DNA from: a virus
Virus record (IMG/VR): IMGVR_UViG_3300029258_004419
Length of the DNA stretch: 64,000 bases
Direction: 5' to 3' (one strand)
Part shown: piece by piece, positions 24,435 through 33,961 of the stretch
Position numbering within the stretch: position 1 is the first letter of the stretch
Layout: each line of letters begins with the position of its first letter
Translations under genes and position numbers: made by a program
Notes under the pieces: model-generated
The model's input: only the letters and a program-made list of their open reading frames with translations
Told to the model about the DNA's origin: nothing
Databases searched by the model: none

Positions 24435-25072
24435 CTCGACCTCCCGTGGTGCTCGACGGGCTTGTAGCCCGGAGAGTTTCTGATCATCCTCATCTGCTCG
24501 AGGACGTCCAGGTAAGACATCGGGGTGTAGTCCGTCTCGGGGGCGTCAACGCCGCAGTCGAACGACAGACCGTGCGGAGGTAGCTCGCCGTGAGAGTGAC
24601 CGAAGAGGTGCCACGTTCCCCAGTGGGCCTTGTGCCACTTCCTCATCGCCCAGTGGCACAGCACGATGTCGGGTAGATCTCCTGGCATCGAGAGGCGAAG
24701 AAGATGATAGATACCCTCGAAGAGCTCTGCCCTCTTGCTCCCGGGCTTCACCAACCCATGGTCACCCAGCACGTAGAGGATACGGCCGTTGAGCATCGGT
24801 ACGAATCGGTCGAGGTCCTTCTCGGCCATCGTGAGGTCACCCACCACGAAGACCAGACCGTTCTTGGGTACCTTGCGGTTCCAGCGGTCGATGAGCTGCT
24901 CGTTCATGAGCTCGAGATCTTGCCACGGCCTGTCGGCGTAATCGGGCAAGAAGATCTTCTTGTGGCCCAGGTGCAGGTCGGCCGTGAAGAACAGCCTGTC
25001 GATGTCCTGCTCACCGATCTTTCTACGTTCCACCTTTCCTCTCCTCCCAAGGAGCCTTGTCGATGAGCTCAC
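24431..25072 (-). CDS. metallophosphoesterase (calcineurin-like phosphoesterase)
   Basis: FFTADLHLGH, VVGDLT, VLGDHG and GHSHG motifs occur in the canonical order. GTG 25072 lies 9 nt after AAGGAG. Confidence 0.8.
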   Translation of the reverse strand: MSSSTRLLGRRGKVERRKIGEQDIDRLFFTADLHLGHKKIFLPDYADRPWQDLELMNEQLIDRWNRKVPKNGLVFVVGDLTMAEKDLDRFVPMLNGRILYVLGDHGLVKPGSKRAELFEGIYHLLRLSMPGDLPDIVLCHWAMRKWHKAHWGTWHLFGHSHGELPPHGLSFDCGVDAPETDYTPMSYLDVLEQMRMIRNSPGYKPVEHHGRSR

Positions 25073-25220
25073 CAGTGGTTGCTCCTTGTCCTCGGTCCTT
25101 CCTGATCTCCTGTCTCAGCGCACCGCACCTGCACCCAGCCATGACCAGATAGCAGTCTCCCGCGATGTGCCGGATGATGTTGCGGTAGCGAGGAGCGGAC
25201 CGGTGTCGGTGCTGCGCCAC
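25023..25220 (-). CDS. hypothetical small basic protein
   Basis: GTG 25220 lies 6 nt after GGAGG. 65 aa. Overlaps the phosphoesterase start by 50 nt, so it is uncertain. Confidence 0.4.
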   Translation of the reverse strand: MAQHRHRSAPRYRNIIRHIAGDCYLVMAGCRCGALRQEIRKDRGQGATTGELIDKAPWEERKGGT

Positions 25221-25223
25221 GGA

Positions 25224-26522
25224 TCACCTCCCCCTTCTCGTGAGCAAACGCCCGCCTCCGACCGAAGGGTATGGCTGCTTTCCGGAACTCATCGGCTGGA
25301 TCTTCTCATTCCCCCCCGATCCGCGTACCGAGGCAGCGAATCCTACCTTGCGTGAGCTGTCGGTCTCCCAGTGGGCCAGGATGGCGTTGAATGCGTCCTC
25401 GACGTGCTGCACCGTGGGAACCTCGTAGCCCTCCGTCAGCGCGTCCGAGCAGGCCTTGAGATAGACCTCTTCGATGAACGCCATCGAGAAGCCAGCCGTC
25501 TCCTTGACGATCTCCTTGTAGAACTCGTCCCCGCTGATACAGTCCCCGAAGAGCTTGAGCGCGAACTGCTGCCGGAGCTCGTCGGAAGGGTTGGGGAGCT
25601 CGAAGACTCGGTCGAACCGCCGCGGCCGCTGACGCAGAGCCGGGTCGATCTTGTTGATGTCGTTGGCCGTGGCCATCGAGAGGATGCCGGGGTGCTCGCC
25701 GACGCCGTCCATCGTGTTGAGGATGGTGTCGAGGCCGATCTTGACGTCGTACTTGCCACCCTGGCGGTCCGACGTCAGCGCACGGTCGAGGTCCTCGAGC
25801 AGGATGAGCGCCGGCGCCATCTCCGACGCGCACCGGAACATGTTCCGGAACGTATGACCCGTGCTGTCCTCGTCGTAGAAGTCGAACGCGAAGCCCACGA
25901 AGGGGTACTGGGAGAGGAGCACCTTGACCAGCAGCGTCTTGCCGTTGCCCGGAGGGCCCGTCATCAGGATGCCCCGCTTGTAAGGCATACGCCGGCGCTC
26001 GAACCAGTCCTTGCGCTCGAGGAAGAACTCGACGGTGTTGCGCACGTCCCTCTTCAGGGACTCGGGCCAGCAGATGTCGTCCCAGTCGTACTCCCGGTGG
26101 ATCTTGACATCCGGCCCGCCGAAGACCCTGATGGTCCGCGTGCGCACCTGGATGTCGCGCACGGCGTCGATGACGCGCTTGGTGATCTCGCGCAGGCTCT
26201 CCTCGGTGTGTGACATCAGGAAGAAGTGGGTGATGTCGCCGTTCGCCGCAGAGCCCATCGCCGAGACGGAGACCAGAGCCTGCTTGTGGCCTTGGAACTC
26301 GAAGAACACCTCGTCGACCGGGCAGAAGTTGGTCAGCGAGTGCATCGTGAAGTTGGTACTCGCCGACTTGGCGTTTGGGAAGAGGCTGTAGACGGCCTCG
26401 GTCAGCAGGTGGCCCTCCTCGTAGATGAGGACCGCGTAGTAGCCATCGAGGCCATGCTCCTCACGGATCTTGTCGAGCCCGGAGCGCAGCTGGTCGTTGA
26501 GGGGGGTGAACAGGACATCCAT
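25224..26522 (-). CDS. AAA+ ATPase (classic AAA clade) with ~190-aa N-terminal domain
   Basis: Walker A GILMTGPPGNGKTLL and Walker B ALILLEDLD are present. The second region of homology TANDINKIDPALRQRPRRFD follows. Confidence 0.85.
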   Translation of the reverse strand: MDVLFTPLNDQLRSGLDKIREEHGLDGYYAVLIYEEGHLLTEAVYSLFPNAKSASTNFTMHSLTNFCPVDEVFFEFQGHKQALVSVSAMGSAANGDITHFFLMSHTEESLREITKRVIDAVRDIQVRTRTIRVFGGPDVKIHREYDWDDICWPESLKRDVRNTVEFFLERKDWFERRRMPYKRGILMTGPPGNGKTLLVKVLLSQYPFVGFAFDFYDEDSTGHTFRNMFRCASEMAPALILLEDLDRALTSDRQGGKYDVKIGLDTILNTMDGVGEHPGILSMATANDINKIDPALRQRPRRFDRVFELPNPSDELRQQFALKLFGDCISGDEFYKEIVKETAGFSMAFIEEVYLKACSDALTEGYEVPTVQHVEDAFNAILAHWETDSSRKVGFAASVRGSGGNEKIQPMSSGKQPYPSVGGGRLLTRRGR

Positions 26523-26544
26523 CGGTTACCATTCCTTTCGGTTG

Positions 26545-26847
26545 CTAGAAGTGGTCTGGGTGAACTGGCATCAGCCACCCGTACTGAGGCTTGAAGAGAT
26601 CGGAGAAGTCGAGCTCCTTCTCCTCCTGGTCGAGCACGGAGGGATCAAGCAGCCCCGCCTCGACGGCGTCCTCCGCATCTCGGCGGTGAACTAGCCACAC
26701 CGGCTCTGGATAGCCAGAACGATCGTCTGGGTCGATCATGTCCAGCATTCCGTAAACACCCGCAGCTCGAGTTGGATCGGATGTCATCCCTAGGACGACG
26801 ACCCTGGCGATGTAGGCTCGCCTCTCGTGGAACTCGGTCCTAGTCAT
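26545..26847 (-). CDS. hypothetical protein
   Basis: Trimmed to ATG 26847. It overlaps the stop of the small acidic ORF by 8 nt. 100 aa. Confidence 0.55.
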   Translation of the reverse strand: MTRTEFHERRAYIARVVVLGMTSDPTRAAGVYGMLDMIDPDDRSGYPEPVWLVHRRDAEDAVEAGLLDPSVLDQEEKELDFSDLFKPQYGWLMPVHPDHF

Positions 26848-26962
26848 CGTCGCCTCGCAATCCGAGATCCGGCTCGGGGTCATAGTCGTCGTAGGGCATC
26901 TGGCTCGCTTCCCAGTCGTCGAGCCACATCTCCTGCAGCGCCTCGAGGTCATCGTCTTCCAT
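26840..26962 (-). CDS. hypothetical small acidic protein (40 aa; 56 aa if GTG 27010)
   Basis: Not in the ORF track (under 60 aa). ATG 26962 lies 10 nt after GGAGG. It fills an otherwise empty gap and is GC3-rich. Confidence 0.4.
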   Translation of the reverse strand: MEDDDLEALQEMWLDDWEASQMPYDDYDPEPDLGLRGDDD

Positions 26963-27013
26963 GCAGTAGCCGCCTCCTCGACGCCGCTTGCGCTTCTTCT
27001 TCTTGACCACGAG

Positions 27014-27274
27014 CTACCTACCCTTCTTCGGCTCTCCGTTCTCGTCCCAGTAGTAGTCCACGACGTCGGGATCGACGTTGGCGTCCTCCACCGTCTTCAG
27101 CGTTCCGGCCGGGCCGGTACCGCGCCACAACCAGAACTCGTACCCCTCGACGGGGAATCCCCGCAAGAACCTACCGAGGGCTCTGGATCGCTCCTCTCCC
27201 ATCACGGTGGAGGATCTGAACGGCTTCTCACCCTCGTGGGTCACCAGGATGTGGCCAATGTTCGTCACCGCCAT
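27014..27274 (-). CDS. hypothetical protein
   Basis: Trimmed to ATG 27274, after CGGAGGAAG. 86 aa. Confidence 0.6.
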   Translation of the reverse strand: MAVTNIGHILVTHEGEKPFRSSTVMGEERSRALGRFLRGFPVEGYEFWLWRGTGPAGTLKTVEDANVDPDVVDYYWDENGEPKKGR

Positions 27275-27429
27275 GCTTCCTCCGGCGTCGTCACGCGCTC
27301 CTGCTTGTATTGGAGGCACTCGCACGAGTCGCAGGAGCTGCAGGACAGCCGCTCCCCACTCACGATCATGCCGACGCAGAGCAGGATTGTGATCATCAGC
27401 TTCCAGCCCACCTCGTACTCGTGTTCCAT
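27265..27429 (-). CDS. hypothetical small membrane/Cys-rich protein (54 aa)
   Basis: Not in the track. ATG 27429 overlaps the upstream stop (TGATG). TM segment WKLMITILLCVGMIV, then CSSCDSCEC. Confidence 0.45.
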   Translation of the reverse strand: MEHEYEVGWKLMITILLCVGMIVSGERLSCSSCDSCECLQYKQERVTTPEEAWR

Positions 27430-27644
27430 CAGACAGCCCTCCGTATGATCTTCACCTCGCCGGTGAGTCGTTCGGTCTTCAGCCGGCCCGTCTTCGAGTC
27501 GACCTGGGGAATGGTAGCGCCACCATGTTGGATGGTCTTGGTGATCACGACGTATCCCTCCTCGTCGTCAGCCTCGTGATAGGAGTCTAGCTCCTTGCCG
27601 TCCAAGAGCACCTGGTAGCGTGGGTCGGTCCAGCGCACGATCAT
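27429..27644 (-). CDS. hypothetical protein
   Basis: Trimmed to ATG 27644 (ATGA overlap). 71 aa. Confidence 0.55.
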   Translation of the reverse strand: MIVRWTDPRYQVLLDGKELDSYHEADDEEGYVVITKTIQHGGATIPQVDSKTGRLKTERLTGEVKIIRRAV

Positions 27645-28021
27645 GGCAACCCCACCGCCTTTCTCCAATCCTGTCCCAGCTTGCACTTACCGCAGGTCAC
27701 CTTGTAGGGGTCGGTGGTGGTCTTGAACCCCCTCCTCTCGGAGAGGTTGGCGTTGCAGGAAGCGGACCAGCCCTGCTTGTGGGAGAAGTGGACAATGGGC
27801 TGTCCAGGCGCGGGCTTGATGGCGTCCAGCCGACGCAGCTTGAGGTAGAGGCCGTTCATCTTGTCGACGAGCCTCTCGGCTCTGCTGCGACACGCCATCG
27901 TGAGTGAGGCGCAAGGGCTGGGCCCTCCGGCGTGCGCCAGGTCGGCGACGATGTGGCAGGCCTCGAGCAGATCCTCGTCCTTGGCCTTCTTCAGCACGCG
28001 GTAGAGTGTCGGGCCGTCCAT
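27641..28021 (-). CDS. hypothetical protein
   Basis: 126 aa with a C-terminal CGKC. TGATG-type coupling. Confidence 0.6.
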   Translation of the reverse strand: MDGPTLYRVLKKAKDEDLLEACHIVADLAHAGGPSPCASLTMACRSRAERLVDKMNGLYLKLRRLDAIKPAPGQPIVHFSHKQGWSASCNANLSERRGFKTTTDPYKVTCGKCKLGQDWRKAVGLP

Positions 28022-28428
28022 CAGCGGTACCCCCAGGGCTCGAAGTTGTCGGCGAAGTCGTACATCCCGTTGAAGTGGAGCACCATCGTCAAGCCGAAAA
28101 GCTCTCGGCCCTGCCAGCGATTGCGGGTACTCTGCATAGCGAGGAGCATGTGCAGCGGACGCAAATCTAGCTTACGCCCAGAGACGAAGAAGTGTTGACC
28201 GTAGGTGTACTGCTCCGGCTTGTCCCTGCGCATCATCTCCAGCTGCGTGTCTTCCTCACAGTGGGGACAGACCGGGCCGCCGTGAGCATTCCACTTGACT
28301 TCGGTAGGGCAGACACGGCCGTGATAGAAGCACTCGAATGAGTTGCCGTAGATGAGGATGTCGCGGTCGAGCGACTCCTTCATCTCTCTGATCCTCTGGA
28401 TGGTCTCCCTTGCCTCTTGCTCGTTCAT
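28021..28428 (-). CDS. hypothetical protein
   Basis: Trimmed to ATG 28428 (ATGA overlap). 135 aa with C..CPHC. Confidence 0.6.
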   Translation of the reverse strand: MNEQEARETIQRIREMKESLDRDILIYGNSFECFYHGRVCPTEVKWNAHGGPVCPHCEEDTQLEMMRRDKPEQYTYGQHFFVSGRKLDLRPLHMLLAMQSTRNRWQGRELFGLTMVLHFNGMYDFADNFEPWGYR

Positions 28429-28790
28429 GGAATCACCCTGAATCCCACCTGCACGAACTCGGGGCAGGTCCAGCGGCCACCCTCCTCGTTGGGGCCCTCC
28501 GGCCCTTCCGGCTTGATGTGACAGAAGAGCTTGGCCTTGTTGCAGTCCTCGCACGGGTAGTGGAGGAAGTAGCGCTGCTGCACGTCCTCTTCGTCGAGGC
28601 CGAGGGTGGCGCCGTCCTCGGTGAGAACAAGCCAGTCGAACCCAAGGGCCTTGCCCTCGACGGCCTGGAGGACGTAGCCGGTGTTGAGCCGCCGCTGCCC
28701 CCCGAAGTCGGGGTCATTGAACCAGTAGCGTATGCAGGTGCCGACTCGAGGTGTCCGCTGATTGGGGGCGTTGATGATCTCGTCAGTCAT
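28425..28790 (-). CDS. hypothetical protein
   Basis: ATG 28790 (alternative 28799) overlaps the upstream stop by 8 nt. 121 aa. Confidence 0.6.
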   Translation of the reverse strand: MTDEIINAPNQRTPRVGTCIRYWFNDPDFGGQRRLNTGYVLQAVEGKALGFDWLVLTEDGATLGLDEEDVQQRYFLHYPCEDCNKAKLFCHIKPEGPEGPNEEGGRWTCPEFVQVGFRVIP

Positions 28791-29118
28791 CGTCCTCATC
28801 CTCCTCTTCCACCTCGTAGGAACAGTGGCAGTCGATACACCGATGCTCTTTCTGCCCTACATCGTTCAGGCTCTCGATGAGGTGGCCTCCGCACACTCCG
28901 CACTCCCCCACCACATGAAGCGTCACGCAGTCAGGTAACTTCTCCTGCTCGGAGTCTACAGCAAGGCAATCCAGCACGAGCCTGTCAGCCTTCTGTGCAC
29001 GCTCCAGCATCTTGTCCTTGGTGTGCTGCTCGGCGCCCGGCTCCAGGCCCATCTTGATGTAGGTGATGAGGGCGTGGAGCTGCAACCGAACTCCCCTGTC
29101 CATCACGGGCTTAGCCAT
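28783..29118 (-). CDS. hypothetical protein with Cys-rich, acidic C-terminus
   Basis: Trimmed to ATG 29118. Contains CGVCGG...CIDCHC and ends EEEDEDDD. Confidence 0.6.
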   Translation of the reverse strand: MAKPVMDRGVRLQLHALITYIKMGLEPGAEQHTKDKMLERAQKADRLVLDCLAVDSEQEKLPDCVTLHVVGECGVCGGHLIESLNDVGQKEHRCIDCHCSYEVEEEDEDDD

Positions 29119-29350
29119 CGTCCTCACCTCCTTCCACGATGCAGATCTCGAAGATGGGTTCCACCGCCACGAGGGGACCACAGGAACGAACGTGCGCCGG
29201 CAGCAGCTCCTGGATCGTTTCGAGGTTCTCGGGCTCCATCGGATTCTGGATGCAGTAGTCCGTCAGAGTGTCTCGCTTCACCTGCAGGGCGCAGCGCAGA
29301 AGACCTCCCCGGTACACAATCGTCAGCAGCCAGTTGATCGTATCACTCAT
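29111..29350 (-). CDS. hypothetical protein
   Basis: 79 aa. Overlaps both neighbours by 8 nt. Confidence 0.55.
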   Translation of the reverse strand: MSDTINWLLTIVYRGGLLRCALQVKRDTLTDYCIQNPMEPENLETIQELLPAHVRSCGPLVAVEPIFEICIVEGGEDDG

Positions 29351-30143
29351 CGTCGTCCCCCTCTCGGATCTCGTCCTCGCTGAAGCCTTCGTGCTCGAGG
29401 TAGCTCTTGCACCACTTCGCGGGGTTGTCGATGCAGCCGTTGGCGATGTCCCGGACGAGCTTGACGTAGCCCGCCACGCTGGAGCGGAGGGTGATCAGCT
29501 CCCGCAGCCACAGAGCGAGCTGGGCGTGCTCGGATGCGCACTTGTGTTGGGCTAGGCCACAACCTGGACCCGTCCGTGACTTCTCCTGGGCATGACGTAT
29601 GGCCTCGCCGATCTCCATCGTACCGGGCTCGGCCACCTCAGTACGCTTGTCGCGCCAGAGGCCACAGGTCTTGCAGTCCTGCTCGTTGCAGATGGAGTCA
29701 GCCCCACCCTCCCAGTTGGCGCAGTAGCTGGCCTCGGCCTCGGGGTGGTGGTTGGGCTTGCCTGGATGAACCATCATCAGCGCCCGCTCGATGTAGTAGG
29801 TCCGGCTACCGTCGTTGTTGGGCTCCCCGACGGTAGAGATGCTCTGCACCGAGATGACGGCACTGGTGGGGTTGGGAGGCAGGGCGATGAAGTTGAGAGC
29901 CTTGAGCCAGTCCACGAAGCTGTTCTCGAGGAACGCGGGGCTTCCAGGCTTCAGGTAGTAGGTACGCAGCAGCCCGAGGTCTGTCTGCTGATCCACCGTC
30001 CTCTCAACCAGAGGCTCACGCACCTCGTGCGGCCCACCACCCATCGCCACGGCGCCGAGGATGCTCTCCTCGAGGAACTGCATGAGGTGCTTGCGCTGCT
30101 CGGGGTCGGCCAGGATCTCCTTGATGTTGACGCGGCTGCTCAT
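29343..30143 (-). CDS. hypothetical protein
   Basis: Trimmed to ATG 30143 (ATGA overlap). 266 aa. Confidence 0.65.
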   Translation of the reverse strand: MSSRVNIKEILADPEQRKHLMQFLEESILGAVAMGGGPHEVREPLVERTVDQQTDLGLLRTYYLKPGSPAFLENSFVDWLKALNFIALPPNPTSAVISVQSISTVGEPNNDGSRTYYIERALMMVHPGKPNHHPEAEASYCANWEGGADSICNEQDCKTCGLWRDKRTEVAEPGTMEIGEAIRHAQEKSRTGPGCGLAQHKCASEHAQLALWLRELITLRSSVAGYVKLVRDIANGCIDNPAKWCKSYLEHEGFSEDEIREGDDDE

Positions 30144-30631
30144 CTCGCACCTTCCTTCATCATCTGGTCGTAGTTGAACCGGGTGCCGAGCGCGGCGTCG
30201 ATGTAGATCTTGCGGAGGTCGAAGTGCTGGACCTTGCCGGCGTAGAGGTAGACGTGGGACGGAAGCTGAACCCGACGCTCCACGAACTGACGACCGAGAG
30301 GAGTGATGCGCCACATCCCCGAGGTGCGCTTGGACTTGTCGAAATTCTCGGCCGTCTCGATGAGGCCCCAGTGGGCCAGCAGTGCGAACGTGCCGCCCTT
30401 ACTGACGAGCCACTTCGGACCCTGCTTGGGAACGTCCGTCCACATCTTGCCCTCTGGGTCGAGCTGGTAGAGCCAGATGAGGCCGCGGGCCATCGTCGAG
30501 TTGAGCGAGCGACGGTAGACCTTCGCGTTCTGATTGCAGCAGGGGCACACGCAGCCCTTCGGCTTGGAGGCCTGCTCGGCCACGTACTGGCGAGCGTAGT
30601 GGACAGTGTCCTGTGCCTGTGGTCTTCGCAT
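30140..30631 (-). CDS. hypothetical protein, paralog of CDS 43773..44369
   Basis: Shares CVCPCC..AKVYRRSL...WGLIE...SGMWRIT..G..F with the 43773 gene. Confidence 0.7.
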   Translation of the reverse strand: MRRPQAQDTVHYARQYVAEQASKPKGCVCPCCNQNAKVYRRSLNSTMARGLIWLYQLDPEGKMWTDVPKQGPKWLVSKGGTFALLAHWGLIETAENFDKSKRTSGMWRITPLGRQFVERRVQLPSHVYLYAGKVQHFDLRKIYIDAALGTRFNYDQMMKEGAR

Positions 30632-31270
30632 CTACGCCTCCAGTCCGAGGATGTGCCTCTGCACGTCTCCTCCGTCGTCGTCCAGCTCCAGCATCTCGTA
30701 GAACCAGAAATGGTCGGGGTCTCCCCCCTCGAGCTCCTTGAGGACACGCTCGGCCTCTTCCGCGGAGTAGGGCCCCAGGTACTTGGCGGTTTCGTCCGGC
30801 TCGTCGGCGTGGCAGACGTAGACCAGGTAGGGCTGGTTCTCCCGCTTGCCGAGGAGCTCCCACAGCCGGAGTAGCTTCTCACGCCAGTCGGGGTGGATCA
30901 CCCACTTCCAGTCCGCACCGAGGCGCACGAGAGGGCTCACGCGGCAGAGCACGATTCCGCAGTTGGGGCAGAAGACCGTGGACGCCCAGCACCCCAGCTT
31001 GGTGCCACAGAGGGCACAGGACTTGGGCTGGAGTCGGTCGTACATGATGCGCGACCTCTGCTCCTCGGGGGTGGAGCCGGGCTCGGGAACCTCGCCAGGG
31101 TCGAAGACGGACGACCAGGGCTTGGTGGCCGGCAGCTCCTTGCGCTCGCTCTCGGGGATGAAGCCGGTGCCAGACTTCTTCGGCGTGGGATCATCGGAGT
31201 CGGGCTCGGTGATGTAGAGGTCGACCTCGATCCAGTCCTCGATACGGACGGGGATTGATCCGTCGGTCAT
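30632..31270 (-). CDS. hypothetical protein with central Zn-ribbon
   Basis: Trimmed to ATG 31270 (ATGA overlap). Contains CALCG...CPNCG. Confidence 0.65.
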   Translation of the reverse strand: MTDGSIPVRIEDWIEVDLYITEPDSDDPTPKKSGTGFIPESERKELPATKPWSSVFDPGEVPEPGSTPEEQRSRIMYDRLQPKSCALCGTKLGCWASTVFCPNCGIVLCRVSPLVRLGADWKWVIHPDWREKLLRLWELLGKRENQPYLVYVCHADEPDETAKYLGPYSAEEAERVLKELEGGDPDHFWFYEMLELDDDGGDVQRHILGLEA

Positions 31271-31596
31271 GGCTTCCTTCCTTCCAGCTGACGCTGCAGC
31301 TTGCTGATGGCGTCGCTCATGTGAGTCCACGCAGCCATCCTCTTCTTGTGGTCCTCGAGCGTACCGCCCTGCACCCTGATGTGCCTGCTGCGGAACTCGT
31401 CGAGGATGGTCCTCGAGATGGACACCAGGTCACGAGCAGAGTTGAGGACCTCCTGCCGGCTGTCCGCCGCGGCGAAGTACTTGCCCTTCCACTCGTCGCT
31501 CCACCTCTGGATTTGCTCCTTGTCCTTCTTCAGCTCTCGTATCTCCAGCATCAGGAGCAAGACCACGACGAGAGAGCCGATGATGTACCCACACAT
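31267..31596 (-). CDS. membrane-anchored hypothetical protein
   Basis: Trimmed to ATG 31596 (TGATG overlap). N-terminal TM helix GYIIGSLVVVLLLMLEI. Confidence 0.6.
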   Translation of the reverse strand: MCGYIIGSLVVVLLLMLEIRELKKDKEQIQRWSDEWKGKYFAAADSRQEVLNSARDLVSISRTILDEFRSRHIRVQGGTLEDHKKRMAAWTHMSDAISKLQRQLEGRKP

Positions 31597-32006
31597 CACG
31601 AACCCCCGCGTTGGGACATCTCCACGGTGCGCTGGAGGATGACGATGCCCCGGTTGAAGAACTCCCGGAAGAACGTGGCCACCATCATCCGCTGCTGCAC
31701 CCAGTCGGACACGATCTCGGTTGCAGTGGGATCGTTCTTCTTGACCGGGATGCCGCGGTAGAGCCTGTGCGCGTCCTCCATCGACCTCTCCATGCGGCCG
31801 TGGGCCCGCAGGAAGTCCGAGATGGCCGTCGCCTCGATGATGTTCTCGTTGATCCACCGCCGGCACTCGGGGCAGGTTACCTCCGAGAGCTCGATGTGGG
31901 TCGAGCCGGTCTCGGCTCCTGCGCCACAGGCCGGGCGGCCGAGAGTGGTGGAGAAGTCGAGGAGGGGGTTGCTCGTGGCCTCGACGTAGTTGAAGTGGAC
32001 AGGCAT
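31596..32006 (-). CDS. hypothetical protein
   Basis: Trimmed to ATG 32006 (TGATG overlap with the helicase stop). 136 aa with CPEC. Confidence 0.6.
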   Translation of the reverse strand: MPVHFNYVEATSNPLLDFSTTLGRPACGAGAETGSTHIELSEVTCPECRRWINENIIEATAISDFLRAHGRMERSMEDAHRLYRGIPVKKNDPTATEIVSDWVQQRMMVATFFREFFNRGIVILQRTVEMSQRGGS

Positions 32007-33961
32007 CACGCACCTCCGTTCAGGAACTCGGCGATTTCGTCGAGGCTCTCGCCCACGGGCATCCTGGGCAGACTCCTGTAGTACGCCTGGCCGTAGCTCT
32101 TGGTGTTCATCCGCTTGTCGAGGATCACGATGACTCCCCGGTCGTCCACACGTCGGATCAGCCGACCGACGCCCTGCTTGAACTGGATTATGGATCGCGG
32201 GATGACGATGTCCCAGAACCAGTTGTCGTTGTACGTCTTCACCACGTCGAGGACCGGGTCCTCCGGGCTGGCGAACGGGAGCCTGTCGATGATCACGCAT
32301 GAGAGAGTCTCCCCTGGCGCGTCCACGCCGGCCCAGAACGACTCGGTTCCCAGGAGCACGGAGTCGGTGTTGTCCTTGAACTCCTGCAGGAGCTGGGTGC
32401 GGGGCTTGTCCCCCTGCCTGAGGACCATGAAGTCGCAATCGCGCTCGAGGCGCACCGCGGCGTGGTTGAGGCTCTTGTAGCTGGTGAATAGCGCGAGGGT
32501 GCGGCCGCGGGCAGCCCCGATGATGCGGTGCACGGCGCCGGCGACGGCCTGGTGGAATGTCCGGTCCGTGGGAGCCGGCATCCCCTCGAGCACGATCAGC
32601 TTGGCCTGGTGGCGGAAGTCGAAGGGGGTGGGCACCTCGAGGAAGCGAGGGTCAGCGACCCCGAGCTCGCCTTGCACGAAGTCGAAGCGGCCCTCCACGG
32701 TCATCGTGGCGGACGTGAGGATGGAGCTGCTGACCTCGTCGAAGAGCATCTCGTTGAGCAGGCCGGCGACATCCACCACTCGTGCCTGGATGACTGCGGT
32801 CTTGCTCTTCTTCGAGCCGAACTCCTCGAGGTAGATGGCCAGATTCTCCTCGTCCTCCTCACCCACGGAGTACACGATGTCCAGCTCGCCAGCGATCTCG
32901 TAGCAGCGGGCCGAGGCCTTCTTCAGGTCCAGCAGCAGCCCCTTGCGCTCGGTGCCGAACTTGGTGTTGGAGGACATGCTGGCCTTCTTCATCACGGCGC
33001 CGGCGCTGCGGAGCATCTCGACGAGATCGGAGGGGTCGACGGGAGGGGGCTCGCGCAGGCGGCACGAGTACTCATCCGACCTCGAGAACTCCAGCAGCTC
33101 GCCGAAGAACTCGAACGCCTTGGTGACCGCAGCATCCCGAAGCTGTTGCTCCGAGATCTTGCCCAGGAGACGGACAGCCCTGCGGACCACGTAGGGAGAG
33201 AGACGGAACCCGAGGAAGTCCCTGGCGATGTCCGCCGTCTTGTGCGCCTCGTCTAGGATCAGCACCTCGTAGTTGGGGATGATGATCGACTTGCCGGTCT
33301 TGGCCTTCACGATCATGTCGGCGAAGAGGAGGTGATAGTTCACCACCACGATGTCGGCCTTGCGGGCCCGGGACCGAGCGAGGTCGGGGAAGCACAGCCC
33401 CTCCTTGCAGAACTTGCAGGCCCCGCCTCGGCAGGAGTCCGAGGACCTCGAGGTGAGCCCCACGACGCGCGGCGTTCGGTTGAACCCGAGTTCGCTGAAG
33501 TCGCCGTGGTCGGTATCCTTGGCCCACGTCTCGATCTCCCGGAACTGCTCCCGCTCGTCGAGGTCCATCCGCTTGTAGTCCTCGTCCTGGTCAGCCTCCT
33601 GCAGAGATGCCCGACACAGGTAGTTGGTCCGGCCCTTCAGCAACGCGAACTCGAAGTGCCAAGGGAGGATGCCCTGCAGGAGAGGCAGGTCCTTCTTCAC
33701 GAGCTGCTCCTGCAGCGCGATGTTGGCGGTGGCGATGACCACACGCTCCTCTGTGCGCACCGCGAACTCGACGGCCGGGACGCTATAGCCGAAGGACTTG
33801 CCGGTCCCGGCCGGACCCTCGACCATCAGGTTCTCTCCCGCGGAGATGGCGTCGCACACGGCCTGGGCGAGGTCCACCTGCCCAGAGCGCATCTTGTAGC
33901 CGTCGAACGCCTGGGCCAGGTGGCCTTCGGGTCCGAAGACCTCCTGGATGAAGTCACTCAT
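32006..33961 (-). CDS. DinG/XPD (Rad3)-family ATP-dependent DNA helicase with Fe-S cluster
   Basis: Walker A GPAGTGKSFGY and DEAH box ILDEAHK are present. A four-Cys insert (C..C..C...C around SDSCRGGACKFCKEGLC) and the C-terminal motifs LLGTESFWAGVDAPG follow. 651 aa. Confidence 0.9.
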   Translation of the reverse strand: MSDFIQEVFGPEGHLAQAFDGYKMRSGQVDLAQAVCDAISAGENLMVEGPAGTGKSFGYSVPAVEFAVRTEERVVIATANIALQEQLVKKDLPLLQGILPWHFEFALLKGRTNYLCRASLQEADQDEDYKRMDLDEREQFREIETWAKDTDHGDFSELGFNRTPRVVGLTSRSSDSCRGGACKFCKEGLCFPDLARSRARKADIVVVNYHLLFADMIVKAKTGKSIIIPNYEVLILDEAHKTADIARDFLGFRLSPYVVRRAVRLLGKISEQQLRDAAVTKAFEFFGELLEFSRSDEYSCRLREPPPVDPSDLVEMLRSAGAVMKKASMSSNTKFGTERKGLLLDLKKASARCYEIAGELDIVYSVGEEDEENLAIYLEEFGSKKSKTAVIQARVVDVAGLLNEMLFDEVSSSILTSATMTVEGRFDFVQGELGVADPRFLEVPTPFDFRHQAKLIVLEGMPAPTDRTFHQAVAGAVHRIIGAARGRTLALFTSYKSLNHAAVRLERDCDFMVLRQGDKPRTQLLQEFKDNTDSVLLGTESFWAGVDAPGETLSCVIIDRLPFASPEDPVLDVVKTYNDNWFWDIVIPRSIIQFKQGVGRLIRRVDDRGVIVILDKRMNTKSYGQAYYRSLPRMPVGESLDEIAEFLNGGA